A DNA stretch of 37,945 bases, taken from the IMG/VR virus record IMGVR_UViG_2526164597_000009; one strand, 5' to 3'. Below the pieces are notes generated by a model. The model was not told the origin of the DNA. It did no database searches and was given only the letters and a program-made list of their open reading frames with translations. Both the position numbers and the translations under genes were made by a program. The stretch is from a virus. Lineage: Duplodnaviria > Heunggongvirae > Uroviricota > Caudoviricetes. Shown one piece after another: positions 7,315 through 16,805 of this stretch; positions within the stretch are counted from its first letter, which is position 1, and the number at the start of each line of letters is the position of its first letter.

Positions 7315-9686
7315 TGAACTACAGCTATTCCTGGAATGCTGAGAAAAAAGCAATCAATCCTTACGTAGAGACAGAAGAGCAATCTTCAGTTTCTGCGCTT
7401 TCAAACCTGATCGCTCTGTACGCTGCCGATAACGAGCAGGAACACCTGCGCCGCGAGGTACTGAGTGATCAGGTCTGGGAGCGTTATTTCTTTAATGAAT
7501 CCCGTGATCCTGTTCAGCGCGAAATGGAGCAGGATAAGCTCATTAGTCGGGCAAAGCTGGCGCATGAGCAGCAGCGTTTTAATCCAGATATGGTCATTCT
7601 GGCGGACGTCAATGCCCAGCCTTCCCATATCAGCAAGCCGCTGATGCAACGTATTGAATACTTCAGCAGCCTTGGCAGGCCAAAGGCTTATTCCCGCTAT
7701 TTGCGTGAGACGATTAAGCCATGTCTGGAACGGCTGGAGCATGTGCGCGACAGTCAGCTATCCACTTCTTTTCGCTTTATGGCAAGCCATGAAGGGCTGG
7801 ACGGCCTGCTGATTCTGCCTGAAATGAGTCAGGATCAGGTGAAACGCCTGTCCACCCTTGTTGCTGCGCATATGAGCATGTGCCTTGATGCAGCTTGTGG
7901 CGATTTGTATGCCACCGATGACGTTAAGCCAGAAGAAATCCGCAAGACATGGGAAAAGGTGGCAGCAGAAACCCTGCGACTGGATGTCATACCGCCTGCG
8001 TTTGAGCAACTCCGCCGGAAAAGAAACCGCCGTAAACCCGTGCCCTATGAACTCATTCCGGGTTCGCTGGCGCGTATGTTGTGCGCCGACTGGTGGTACC
8101 GGAAATTATGGAAGATGCGTTGCGAATGGCGGGAAGAGCAGTTGCGTGCTGTTTGCCTGGTCAGCAAAAAAGCATCTCCCTATGTCAGCTATGAAGCCGT
8201 GATGCATAAACGTGAGCAGCGCCGTAAGTCGCTGGAGTTTTTCCGTTCTCATGAACTGGTGAACGAAGACGGCGACACGCTGGACATGGAGGATGTGGTA
8301 AACGCCAGCAGCAGCAACCCTGCGCATCGCCGCAATGAGATGATGGCCTGTGTTAAAGGTCTGGAGCTTATCGCGGAAATGCGCGGTGACTGCGCCGTTT
8401 TCTACACCATCACCTGTCCGTCACGTTTCCATTCCACGCTAAATAACGGCAGGCCCAACCCAACCTGGACAAATGCGACGGTAAGACAAAGCAGTGATTA
8501 TCTGGTCGGCATGTTTGCTGCATTTCGTAAGGCGATGCACAAAGCCGGATTGCGGTGGTATGGCGTGCGGGTGGCTGAGCCGCATCATGACGGTACAGTT
8601 CACTGGCACCTGTTGTGTTTTATGCGCAAAAAAGACCGCCGCACCATCACTGCATTACTGCGTAAGTTTGCCATCCGTGAAGACCGCGAGGAGCTGGGCA
8701 ATAACACTGGGCCGCGCTTTAAGTCTGAGTTGATTAACCCGCGCAAAGGTACGCCAACAAGCTACATCGCGAAATACATCAGTAAGAACATTGACGGGCG
8801 TGGTCTGGCTGGCGAGATCAGCAAGGAAACGGGGAAATCCCTGCGTGATAATGCTGAATACGTTAATGCCTGGGCGTCTCTGCATCGTGTTCAGCAATTC
8901 CGCTTCTTTGGCATTCCGGGGCGTCAGGCTTACCGTGAACTGCGATTGCTGGCTGGTCAGGCGGCAAGGCAACAGGGGGACAAAAAAGCAGGTGCGCCGG
9001 TACTGGATAACCCGCGCCTTGATGCCATTCTGGCTGCTGCTGATGCTGGTTGTTTTGCCACCTACATCATGAAGCAGGGTGGCGTACTGGTTCCCCGCAA
9101 ATATCACCTCATCAGAACTGCTTATGAAATCAACGAAGAGCCGACCGCCTATGGCGATCACGGCATTCGTATTTATGGCATCTGGTCACCTATTGCAGAG
9201 GGCAAGATCTGCACTCATGCCGTGAAGTGGAAAATGGTTCGTAAGGCCGTTGACGTTCAGGAGGCGGCAGCCGACCAGGGCGCTTGCGCCCCTTGGACTC
9301 GTGGCAATAACTGTCCCCTTGCTGAAAATTTGAACCAACAGGAGAAAGATAAATCAGCTGATGGGGGCACTAGAACGGACATTACCCGCATGGATGACAA
9401 GGAGTTGCACGATTACCTGCACAGTATGAGCAAAAAAGAGCGCTGGGAACTGGCAGCAAGGTTACGCCTGGTTAAACCGAAACGGCGTAAAGACTACAAA
9501 CAGCGAATTACAGACCATCAGCGACTGCAGCTCGTCTATGAGCTGAAGTCCAGAGGATTTGATGGTAGCGAGAAAGAGGTCGATTTACTCCTTCGCGGCG
9601 GCAGTATTCCGTCAGGAGCAGGCCTGCGTATCTTCTATCGGAACCAGCGTTTGCGGGAAGATGATAAGTGGCGGAACCTGTATTAA
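7314..9686 (+). CDS. A: Replication initiation endonuclease (P2 gpA-like rolling-circle HUH endonuclease)
   Basis: 790 aa; HUH motif VHWHLLCF and tyrosine motif YIAKYISK; position after early operon. Confidence 0.9.
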   Translation: MNYSYSWNAEKKAINPYVETEEQSSVSALSNLIALYAADNEQEHLRREVLSDQVWERYFFNESRDPVQREMEQDKLISRAKLAHEQQRFNPDMVILADVNAQPSHISKPLMQRIEYFSSLGRPKAYSRYLRETIKPCLERLEHVRDSQLSTSFRFMASHEGLDGLLILPEMSQDQVKRLSTLVAAHMSMCLDAACGDLYATDDVKPEEIRKTWEKVAAETLRLDVIPPAFEQLRRKRNRRKPVPYELIPGSLARMLCADWWYRKLWKMRCEWREEQLRAVCLVSKKASPYVSYEAVMHKREQRRKSLEFFRSHELVNEDGDTLDMEDVVNASSSNPAHRRNEMMACVKGLELIAEMRGDCAVFYTITCPSRFHSTLNNGRPNPTWTNATVRQSSDYLVGMFAAFRKAMHKAGLRWYGVRVAEPHHDGTVHWHLLCFMRKKDRRTITALLRKFAIREDREELGNNTGPRFKSELINPRKGTPTSYIAKYISKNIDGRGLAGEISKETGKSLRDNAEYVNAWASLHRVQQFRFFGIPGRQAYRELRLLAGQAARQQGDKKAGAPVLDNPRLDAILAAADAGCFATYIMKQGGVLVPRKYHLIRTAYEINEEPTAYGDHGIRIYGIWSPIAEGKICTHAVKWKMVRKAVDVQEAAADQGACAPWTRGNNCPLAENLNQQEKDKSADGGTRTDITRMDDKELHDYLHSMSKKERWELAARLRLVKPKRRKDYKQRITDHQRLQLVYELKSRGFDGSEKEVDLLLRGGSIPSGAGLRIFYRNQRLREDDKWRNLY

Positions 9687-9780
9687 TTCCGCGGGCTAAC
9701 AATTCGTGCTCTTAATAATACCAGGCATATCATGCTAATGAATGTAAAAAAACGTTTTACATCAGTAAGATTATTATATA

Positions 9781-9796
9781 CTGTAAATATAAACAG
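9781..9796 (+). promoter_or_regulatory. LexA box (CTGT-N8-ACAG) in the promoter of the tum/dinI-like operon
   Basis: Perfect CTGTAAATATAAACAG about 45 nt upstream of the ATG at 9840, adjacent to AT-rich -10-like sequence. Confidence 0.6.
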
Positions 9797-9839
9797 TGGT
9801 TATGCATACAGTGTTGCTTGTGGTGTCATAGGAGGAAAA

Positions 9840-10028
9840 ATGCAGGACTATTTTTTGGAGTCTTTGAAGCTCCAGCGCATTGATTTTTTTCTTAAGCTTG
9901 TAGCGGCTAGTGAGTGTAGTGATGAAGAGAAGGGGCTGGCTCTGCAGTGGGTTTCTGAATTGACTGATGAACTCATGGCAAAGATCAGAATCCACGAATA
10001 CAACCGCTCAATGGATGTCATCAGTTGA
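9840..10028 (+). CDS. Small SOS-regulated protein, possible Tum-like antirepressor N-terminal module
   Basis: 62 aa; strong AGGAGG RBS; immediately downstream of the LexA box. Confidence 0.4.
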   Translation: MQDYFLESLKLQRIDFFLKLVAASECSDEEKGLALQWVSELTDELMAKIRIHEYNRSMDVIS

Positions 10029-10038
10029 GGTGGCTTTT

Positions 10039-10272
10039 ATGCGCATTGAAATAATGATCGATAAAGAGCAGAAAATTAGCCAGTCTACTCTGGACGCCCT
10101 TGAATCCGAGCTTTACCGCAATCTGCGCCCCCTGTATCCCAAAGCGGTAATTCGTATCCGTAAAGGTAGCTCTAATGGTGTGGAACTGACCGGACTGCAA
10201 CTGGACGAAGAAAGAAAACAAGTGATGAAAATTATGCAGAAGGTGTGGGAAGACGACAGCTGGCTGCATTAA
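10039..10272 (+). CDS. dinI: DinI-family protein
   Basis: 77 aa, MRIEIMIDKEQKISQSTLDALESELYRNL...WEDDSWLH resembles E. coli DinI (MRIEVTIAK...ETWESADDWF); GAGG RBS. Confidence 0.7.
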   Translation: MRIEIMIDKEQKISQSTLDALESELYRNLRPLYPKAVIRIRKGSSNGVELTGLQLDEERKQVMKIMQKVWEDDSWLH

Positions 10273-10538
10273 GAAACGTTGCTGGCGTCTGAACTTGCTT
10301 CTGACGTCAGCAACGTTGAACAACTAGTTTAGTGGGGCATTAGTCATGGGGTAAAATACAGTAACCATTATTTTCACTTCCGCTCAGATTTAACCGAACG
10401 TTAGTTTTGCTACGTATGATGGGCTGCAAATTACCTTTTGGGATTTGTGATAGATACGAAAATCCTATTAGATGCTTGTTAGACCGGAAGCGCCACTTCG
10501 AACGAAAAGTAATGGCCACTTATGCCGGTTTAAAAGCC

Positions 10539-11069
10539 TTAACCTTGTATAGTTATTTGAATATTTTCTTCATTAACACCAAAGTATAGGGCTAGCCCTG
10601 CTTTTGCCTCCTGAAGTGTTAACGGCTTAACTACATTTTCTTCTTCTTCTTCGTACTCATCACCCGCTTGATCGACAATCGAATTAGTCGGGGTTAATTT
10701 TGGAAGAGCTTTAAATTCCAACTTGTCAGCCTCAATGCCAATGTCTTTGAGGTTGCGATAAGATACGGGATTCCGATTGCCATCCCATTGTCCTGGGATG
10801 TCAATTTCAGCATAAGAATTGATGTTTATGATCCAGCGTTTAGGGTTTTCTGGAGCCCTGCTTACTCCCGAGATTCGACCGATCATAAAAGCATGATGAT
10901 GTTTTGCTTCTTGTGATCCCCAGTCCTTTCTCGAATTTTGTACACAAACTAAATATTCGTGCTTAGCTGCATGGCTGGCGTCAAGTCTCCATGCTTGGCT
11001 TCCCCCTGTGTTCAAAATCTCTGTTAAACCACGAGCAGTAAGTACAGTAATACAGTTGGTAGTAGCCAT
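10539..11069 (-). CDS. Hypothetical cargo protein (orphan gene in the cos-proximal variable region)
   Basis: 176-aa ORF on the opposite strand to neighbours, in low-GC DNA; acidic DEYEEEEEN tract; no family recognised. Confidence 0.5.
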   Translation of the reverse strand: MATTNCITVLTARGLTEILNTGGSQAWRLDASHAAKHEYLVCVQNSRKDWGSQEAKHHHAFMIGRISGVSRAPENPKRWIININSYAEIDIPGQWDGNRNPVSYRNLKDIGIEADKLEFKALPKLTPTNSIVDQAGDEYEEEEENVVKPLTLQEAKAGLALYFGVNEENIQITIQG

Positions 11070-11385
11070 TGAATTGTGACCCCGTCTTTTTTAGAGAAAT
11101 ACTATTGATGAATGTAGTTTACGTATTTTTTTATGGAGTAGTCAAGTTAGTATTATGCTCATTATTGGCTGTTTGTTGAGTATTGTGAGTTAGTACTTTG
11201 TGTAGTACCTCTTGATTTATGAGAATTAAATCTAAGTTATGACAAAGGGAGGCAGGGGGAACGCGCAGCGCAAGGTGGACAGGAGGCCATAAGGACTCAC
11301 TTGAAGTAAGAAAAGATCGATAAAGCAACAATGCATGTCTATGCCGCATGAATTCGCATGATCGTTTGAGGATCGTTTTAGCTGA

Positions 11386-11414
11386 GGCCCGCCAGGAATG
11401 GCGGGCTTTTGTTT
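11386..11414 (+). terminator. Rho-independent terminator (stem GCCCGCC/GGCGGGC followed by TTTTGTTT)
   Basis: 7-bp GC stem, 6-nt loop, T-rich tail on the plus strand; about 40 bp upstream of cos. Confidence 0.6.
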
Positions 11415-11455
11415 ATGTCATGCAAGTGCATGAAAACCACTACATAAAGCGGGCT

Positions 11456-11474
11456 GGCGTGGCGGGGATACGAG
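11456..11474. other. Candidate cos site (cohesive-end sequence GGCGTGGCGGGGATACGAG)
   Basis: Resembles the P2/186 19-nt cohesive end (GGCGAGGCGGGGAAAGCAC as recalled); located upstream of Q 3' end in the A-to-Q interval. Confidence 0.45.
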
Positions 11475-11787
11475 CGCGCGCAACGTGCATGATATGGCAA
11501 TATGCATAACCTAGTTGATGAGATGTCTTGCCACTAATAATATTAAAACGATTGAAACATGTGTTCCGTCCGTACCATAATCTTTAAGTGGGTGCAGGGC
11601 TAAATTGTATGATGAAGTATCATATTGCTTCTGAATACTAATGGATAAGTACACGATTGATGTGATGTTATTGCTGACTATTTTTTGTTCTAGTCTTACC
11701 GAAGACCCAACACGGGAGAAGAAATAGAAATTAATTGCGTGCCCTTTAAGTGCACAATTTAGCAACAATTTAAAAATGAGGTGAACA

Positions 11788-12186
11788 GTGAAAGAGTTGG
11801 AACTATATAATCTGAATTTTTATTTTAGCTTGTGTACTTCAGATGAAGTGGAAAGAATAAAAAATGTATCAAACTCGGCGGATTACTTACTCAAAATTAG
11901 GGCTAATGCAACTATAGAACATATCAGAATCCATCGGGTATTACTAGCTGCAATGCGTAGAAGTGGAAATAATTGGTCATTAAGTAGTTATTTTGATGAT
12001 TCTCCTTTTGAGGATTATATTGATGATGTTTCTGAACAGTACAAAGAACATCTAGAAGGGATCTCTGGCGGATTTGTATTTTGCAATGATCCGAATGGTC
12101 GGATATTAAAAACTGATTATGGATGTGTGATTACTATTTCAGAATCACTTAAGTATTTTTTGTATTACATGAATTTAGCTTTTTAA
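11788..12186 (+). CDS. Hypothetical protein; likely N-terminal part of a frameshifted HEXXH-peptidase gene
   Basis: 132-aa ORF with GTG start and AGGTG RBS; ends just after a T6 run (12156..12161) where a -1 shift enters the downstream frame. Confidence 0.45.
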   Translation: MKELELYNLNFYFSLCTSDEVERIKNVSNSADYLLKIRANATIEHIRIHRVLLAAMRRSGNNWSLSSYFDDSPFEDYIDDVSEQYKEHLEGISGGFVFCNDPNGRILKTDYGCVITISESLKYFLYYMNLAF

Positions 12187-12251
12187 CTTTTGATGATTGT
12201 GATGTTCCTGATGATGTAAGAATTGCTGCATTAAGAATTGCAATAAGAACT

Positions 12252-12869
12252 ATGATGCAAAAGGAATCAATGGATTTTGAAATTGATCCACGTGGTATAA
12301 TTCCATCACAAATTGATATGGAAATTAGGTACCATGTAAATGATGTGATGAAGTTTATTGTTGGTCATGAATATTCACATTACGTACTTGGGCATTTGAA
12401 TGATGAATCAACTTTCGAGGCGAGTTTTTTAACCTCTATTGATACGGAAGAAGTTAAACACAAATTTTTCTCCTATGACCAAAAGGATGAACTAGCAGCA
12501 GATATTCATTCTTTACGAATGTTGTCGCTTTCTAAAGAAAAATTGGCTGGGTTAATTCAAAAGGTTTGTATCTACTTCGTGTTCATGGATATATATTCAA
12601 ATGTAAAAGATCAGGTGTCACCTTCACTTAATTTCACAAAGACTCACCCTGAACCAATGGATAGGCTTAGAAATATCATAGAAGAGTTTAAGGAGGAAGT
12701 GGAAATTGATTATAATGAAATGGATAAGTTCATCAGATCAGGTGAGGTCATAAAGGGTTTCTTGCAAGATGATGCTGGGTATAATTTTGATGAAATATAT
12801 GATTTTTATGGATCAATTTATTTAGGTCAGTGGAGGGGAAAGCCGTTAATAGATAGGGTAGACTATTGA
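12252..12869 (+). CDS. HEXXH zinc metallopeptidase-like protein (ImmA/IrrE-like motif); likely C-terminal part of a split about 360-aa gene
   Basis: GHEYSHYVLGH motif near residue 38; the frame is open 33 codons upstream of the ATG without a start codon or RBS. Confidence 0.55.
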   Translation: MMQKESMDFEIDPRGIIPSQIDMEIRYHVNDVMKFIVGHEYSHYVLGHLNDESTFEASFLTSIDTEEVKHKFFSYDQKDELAADIHSLRMLSLSKEKLAGLIQKVCIYFVFMDIYSNVKDQVSPSLNFTKTHPEPMDRLRNIIEEFKEEVEIDYNEMDKFIRSGEVIKGFLQDDAGYNFDEIYDFYGSIYLGQWRGKPLIDRVDY

Positions 12870-12883
12870 GTTGATGTTTATAT

Positions 12884-12930
12884 CCCAAATGACAATCAAA
12901 AATAGTGAACTTCTGTGACTGTCATTTGGG
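12884..12930. terminator. Hairpin between convergent genes (possible bidirectional terminator)
   Basis: 11-bp perfect inverted repeat CCCAAATGACA/TGTCATTTGGG with a 25-nt loop, between the peptidase gene and the Q 3' end. Confidence 0.35.
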
Positions 12931-13003
12931 TGGTGATTGTAATTTTTATTTGCAGTGGTTATGCATCTTTGGTTTAAGGTTTTTCTATAGAGAGAATGCT
13001 CGT

Positions 13004-14050
13004 CTATTTAGCATGGTTGGAATCTAATATATATTTATTGAATTTCACAATTTCATCACCTATCCAAGTATTTAGCTGCGATATTTGATGTTGTAGTGGT
13101 ATTAATTCATTTCTAACAAAAACCGTACTTGCCTTCTCCACATCCCCAAACCCACCAACATTACTTGGCATAATCCCCATCATTTGCGGCGGAACGCGGT
13201 GCGCAGCCATCATATCGTCACGGCTCACGTTCTTGATGTTCAAAAACTCATCCTTTGCCGCCACTTCTGACAGCGGGATGATCTGAATGCCATCCTTTTT
13301 ACCGTTGGGCGAGTACATAAACAGGTTGCGGAAGTTGCCCGGCCCTTTGGCGCTTTTCATGGCATGGCGGATGTTGTTCACGTCCTCCTGGTTCTGCGCG
13401 GCGTCGGTCATGTACATGATGAAGCCTGCATGACTGCCGTTGATGTAATATTTCCTGCGGAACAGCGTGGCGGACTCGTTGAGCAGGGCTGACGGAATAG
13501 CAGAAAGATAGCCGGGCAGGCCGTAGATCTCCTGATTTATGTCCGGTTCCATCAGATGAAAAATGCTGCCTTTCGTGAACTGATACGGCTGGGTTGTCAT
13601 ACCGTATTGCACAAACCAGTAGGTATCCAGGTCTAACCCGCGTCGGGTGTATTTTGCCAGTGCAGGCTCAAGGGCGATAACTTCACCGAAGCGGTTCGTG
13701 CGTTTCTCCAGGTAGGCGTTACCAAAAACCAGATAGTCCTGCACAAAACGCGAAAAAGCCTGCTGGCTGAGCAGCGGGTGAGGGATGTAGGTGCTGGTCA
13801 GAATGTTGCATTTCACTGCAATCGGTGAACTGTGATGCACGGCAGCGCGGAAGGTGCGCGCCAGCCCGTCAAAGCTGACGGGCGGCTCATACCAACGGTC
13901 CATCTGTACGCATTCCACATAGTCCAGCAGTTCTCGGCGGTCCAGAACAGGAACGGGATCGCCGAAGCTGAATGCTTCGGCTGTAGTCTGGTTTTTATGC
14001 TGGATCTGATTCGTCGCCGCAGCGCGGTTCTTCTTACTCTTTCCCATCAA
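13004..14050 (-). CDS. Q: Portal protein (P2 gpQ-like)
   Basis: 348 aa; position and size match P2 Q (344 aa); stop/start overlap with P. Confidence 0.88.
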   Translation of the reverse strand: MMGKSKKNRAAATNQIQHKNQTTAEAFSFGDPVPVLDRRELLDYVECVQMDRWYEPPVSFDGLARTFRAAVHHSSPIAVKCNILTSTYIPHPLLSQQAFSRFVQDYLVFGNAYLEKRTNRFGEVIALEPALAKYTRRGLDLDTYWFVQYGMTTQPYQFTKGSIFHLMEPDINQEIYGLPGYLSAIPSALLNESATLFRRKYYINGSHAGFIMYMTDAAQNQEDVNNIRHAMKSAKGPGNFRNLFMYSPNGKKDGIQIIPLSEVAAKDEFLNIKNVSRDDMMAAHRVPPQMMGIMPSNVGGFGDVEKASTVFVRNELIPLQHQISQLNTWIGDEIVKFNKYILDSNHAK

Positions 14051-15813
14051 AAAATCTCCACAATATTGCTGGTATTGGCGGACTCGCCCTGCAGCGGTTC
14101 GTTAAACAGTGCGTGCATTGTTGCCCACGCCAGATCGGCATGGCTGGCTTCTTCGCTGCGGCTGGCTTCATAGGTCGGGCGGTTGCCGCTGGCGGTGGTG
14201 GCGCGACGGATTGCCATAAATGACTGCGCTATGTCGGTGTGTCCGGCGTCAAACTCCAGACGGCGGTGACTGATAATGTCGTAGGCCTTGAGTACCAGGG
14301 CATTTTTAACGTTGGGGTTGTAGACAAACTCCCGGACGGCAGGAAAAAACGCTTTCACGTTCTCGTAAACCCCATGACCGACGCCGGTTGAGTCGATACC
14401 GATGTATGTCACGTTGTACTGTTCAGTCAGTTTTTTGATGGCGTCAGCCTGGGTGCGGAAGTCCATCCCGCGCCACTGGTGACGCTCAAGAATGCGGAAC
14501 TTACCACCTGGCACGGCTGGCGGTGCCACCACCACGCATCCGGCGCTGTCGCCGTTCTGCGTACCTTTTGCCGGGTCATAACCGATCCACACTTCGCGCC
14601 AGCCAAACGGGCGCAGCGCCAGTGCATGAAAGTCGGTCCAGACTTCCCAGCTGTCCACCATACACGCCTGCAGTTCGCTGAGCGGAAACACGGACGCGAG
14701 ATCGTCCACGAACTCGCACATCAGCAGGTTCTGGTATTCATCCGGGCTGTACTCCATGCGCAACTGGTCAAGGTCGAACAGGTTACAGCCGCCGCGCACC
14801 GCGTCTTCCACGGTGACTATCTGGCGGTATTGCCCGTCTGCGCACAGCAGGCCGGGGGCCAGATTGCTGTGGGACAGGTCGATGTCCACCTTGTCGGCTT
14901 TGTTGCGTCCACGGTTGAACAGCGCACCGGACCAGAACGGATAAGCACTGTGGGTCAGGCTGGATGGCGTGGAAAAATAGGTCTGTCGCCATTTCTTGTG
15001 AATAGCCATACCGGAAGCCACTTTGCGCAACTCCTGGAATTTTGGGATCCAGAAATATTCATCCAGATACAGGTTGCCGTGATAACTCTGGGCTGTGCGG
15101 GCATTGGTGCCGAGGAAGTAAAGCGTGGCCCCGTTAGGAAGCACCATCGGATCGCCTTTCAGCTCCACCTCCACTTCTTTGGCAAAGTCGATGATGTACT
15201 GTTTGAAGACGTGGGCCTGTGCCTTACTGGCAGAAAGGAAAATCTGGTTACGTCCGGTAAGCAGGGCGTCAATCAGGGCTTCACGGGCAAAGTAAAAGGT
15301 CGCGCCGATCTGGCGTGACTTCAGCAGGTTGCGGATGCGGTTGGTTTTTCCGGCTTCCCACCAGTGGCGCTGGTAGTTGAACATGGAGGAATGGAAGATT
15401 TCTTCCAGCTTCTCAATCTGCTCATCGGTGAAAACATTCTTTTCCGGCTGACGGCGCGGGCCTTTGTTGCGGTTGGCGACGTTTGGGTTTAAGTCAGCTT
15501 CGTTGCCGCCATTGTTAAACTTGCCGATCCGCGCGTGGCGTTCCGACTGGCGCGCCAGCAGGTCAATCTCTTTGAAATCTTTCCCTTCTTTGTGCTCCTT
15601 CATAATGAGCTGGCAGTAGCGTGCGGCGGTGGTGAGCTGCATCTGATCCAGCGGCCCATAGTCACCCCACTTGTCGCGTTTTTTCCAGCTGTGAACGGTT
15701 GCAACTTTCTCGCCCAGCATTTCAGCAATGCGGGCTACGCGGTATCCCTGAAAGTACAGCAGCATGGCCTGCCGACGGGGATCGAGATCTGCGGGTGTCA
15801 GTGTGGTGTTCAT
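14047..15813 (-). CDS. P: Terminase large subunit (P2 gpP-like ATPase)
   Basis: 588 aa; size matches P2 P (590 aa); divergent from O. Confidence 0.88.
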   Translation of the reverse strand: MNTTLTPADLDPRRQAMLLYFQGYRVARIAEMLGEKVATVHSWKKRDKWGDYGPLDQMQLTTAARYCQLIMKEHKEGKDFKEIDLLARQSERHARIGKFNNGGNEADLNPNVANRNKGPRRQPEKNVFTDEQIEKLEEIFHSSMFNYQRHWWEAGKTNRIRNLLKSRQIGATFYFAREALIDALLTGRNQIFLSASKAQAHVFKQYIIDFAKEVEVELKGDPMVLPNGATLYFLGTNARTAQSYHGNLYLDEYFWIPKFQELRKVASGMAIHKKWRQTYFSTPSSLTHSAYPFWSGALFNRGRNKADKVDIDLSHSNLAPGLLCADGQYRQIVTVEDAVRGGCNLFDLDQLRMEYSPDEYQNLLMCEFVDDLASVFPLSELQACMVDSWEVWTDFHALALRPFGWREVWIGYDPAKGTQNGDSAGCVVVAPPAVPGGKFRILERHQWRGMDFRTQADAIKKLTEQYNVTYIGIDSTGVGHGVYENVKAFFPAVREFVYNPNVKNALVLKAYDIISHRRLEFDAGHTDIAQSFMAIRRATTASGNRPTYEASRSEEASHADLAWATMHALFNEPLQGESANTSNIVEIF

Positions 15814-15859
15814 GGCACAAACCTACAGCCTTGAATGAAGGCTTTCCCCGCCTGCGGTT

Positions 15860-15877
15860 TGTGTGGTTGTCGGTACA
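15860..15877. promoter_or_regulatory. Candidate Ogr-binding site (TGT-N12-ACA) of the divergent P/O late promoter region
   Basis: TGTgtggttgtcggtACA centred about 55 bp upstream of the expected O transcript start. Confidence 0.4.
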
Positions 15878-15955
15878 AATACCGCGCATTGTTTCACTGC
15901 CCCCATCACCGCAACCATAAGGCTCCAGTAAGTTTTTTCTAACGGAGCACGGCTC

Positions 15956-16789
15956 ATGACAGTGAAAGCAAAGCGTTTTCGCATCGGGGTGGAAGGTGCC
16001 ACCACCGACGGACGCGAAATCCAGCGTGAATGGCTGGAACAGATGGCAGCCAGCTACAACCCGGCGGTGTATACCGCGCTGATTAACCTTGAGCACATCA
16101 AGTCTTATCTGCCGGACAGCACCTTTAACCGTTACGGCAAGGTGACGGCGCTGTTTGCCGAAGAAATCACGGAAGGTCCGCTGGCAGGCAAGATGGCGCT
16201 GTATGCCGACGTTGAGCCAACGGAATCCCTGGTGGAGCTGGTGAAAAAAGGCCAGAAATTATTCACCTCTATGGAAGTCAGCCCGAAGTTCGCTGATACG
16301 GGCAAAGCTTACCTGGTCGGCCTGGCTGCCACTGATGACCCTGCCAGTCTGGGTACGGAAATGCTGACATTCAGCGCCAGTGCAGCTCATAACCCGCTGA
16401 CAAACCGCAAGCAGAATCCTGCAAATCTCTTTACCGCTGCAGAGGAAACGGTGATCGAACTGGAAGAAATCCAGGATGACAAACCGTCCCTGTTTGCCCG
16501 TGTCACGGCGTTGTTTACCAAAAAAGAACAGTCCGATGACGCCCGGTTCTCTGATGTGCATAAGGCCGTGGAGCTGGTCGCCACTGAGCAGCAGAACCTG
16601 AGCGCACGCACCGAAAAATCCCTGTCTCAGCAGGAAGAACGTCTGTCTGAGCTGGAGACTGCCCTGCAGGCACAGCAGACCGCCTTTAACGAACTGGTGA
16701 ATAAGCTGAGTCATGAAGACAGCCGCCAGGACTACCGCCAGCGTGCAACAGGCGGTAACGCCCCCGCTGACACTCTGACCAATTGCTGA
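15956..16789 (+). CDS. O: Capsid scaffolding protein (P2 gpO-like)
   Basis: 277 aa, N-terminus MTVKAKRFRIGVEGATTDGREI...; position between P and N. Confidence 0.85.
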   Translation: MTVKAKRFRIGVEGATTDGREIQREWLEQMAASYNPAVYTALINLEHIKSYLPDSTFNRYGKVTALFAEEITEGPLAGKMALYADVEPTESLVELVKKGQKLFTSMEVSPKFADTGKAYLVGLAATDDPASLGTEMLTFSASAAHNPLTNRKQNPANLFTAAEETVIELEEIQDDKPSLFARVTALFTKKEQSDDARFSDVHKAVELVATEQQNLSARTEKSLSQQEERLSELETALQAQQTAFNELVNKLSHEDSRQDYRQRATGGNAPADTLTNC

Positions 16790-16805
16790 TGGAGCACAAA
16801 ACCCG

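Noticed and set aside
9840-10272. Single fused tum gene created by a frameshift between the 62-aa and DinI-like ORFs
   Set aside because: Both ORFs have their own good RBS and ATG, so two genuine genes are the simpler reading; fusion is kept only as an alternative
10581-10610. GGGCTAGCCC palindrome followed by a T-rich stretch, resembling a terminator
   Set aside because: Lies inside the 176-aa coding sequence near its 3' end; cannot act as the terminator for that gene and is probably incidental
11131-11768. 72-aa and 85-aa minus-strand ORFs in the cos-proximal intergenic region
   Set aside because: Low-complexity translations in AT-rich non-coding DNA containing the terminator and cos; more likely non-coding
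14479-15318. 279-aa plus-strand ORF inside the terminase large subunit gene
   Set aside because: Fully embedded antisense to gpP; arginine- and histidine-rich artefact frame typical of GC-rich coding DNA
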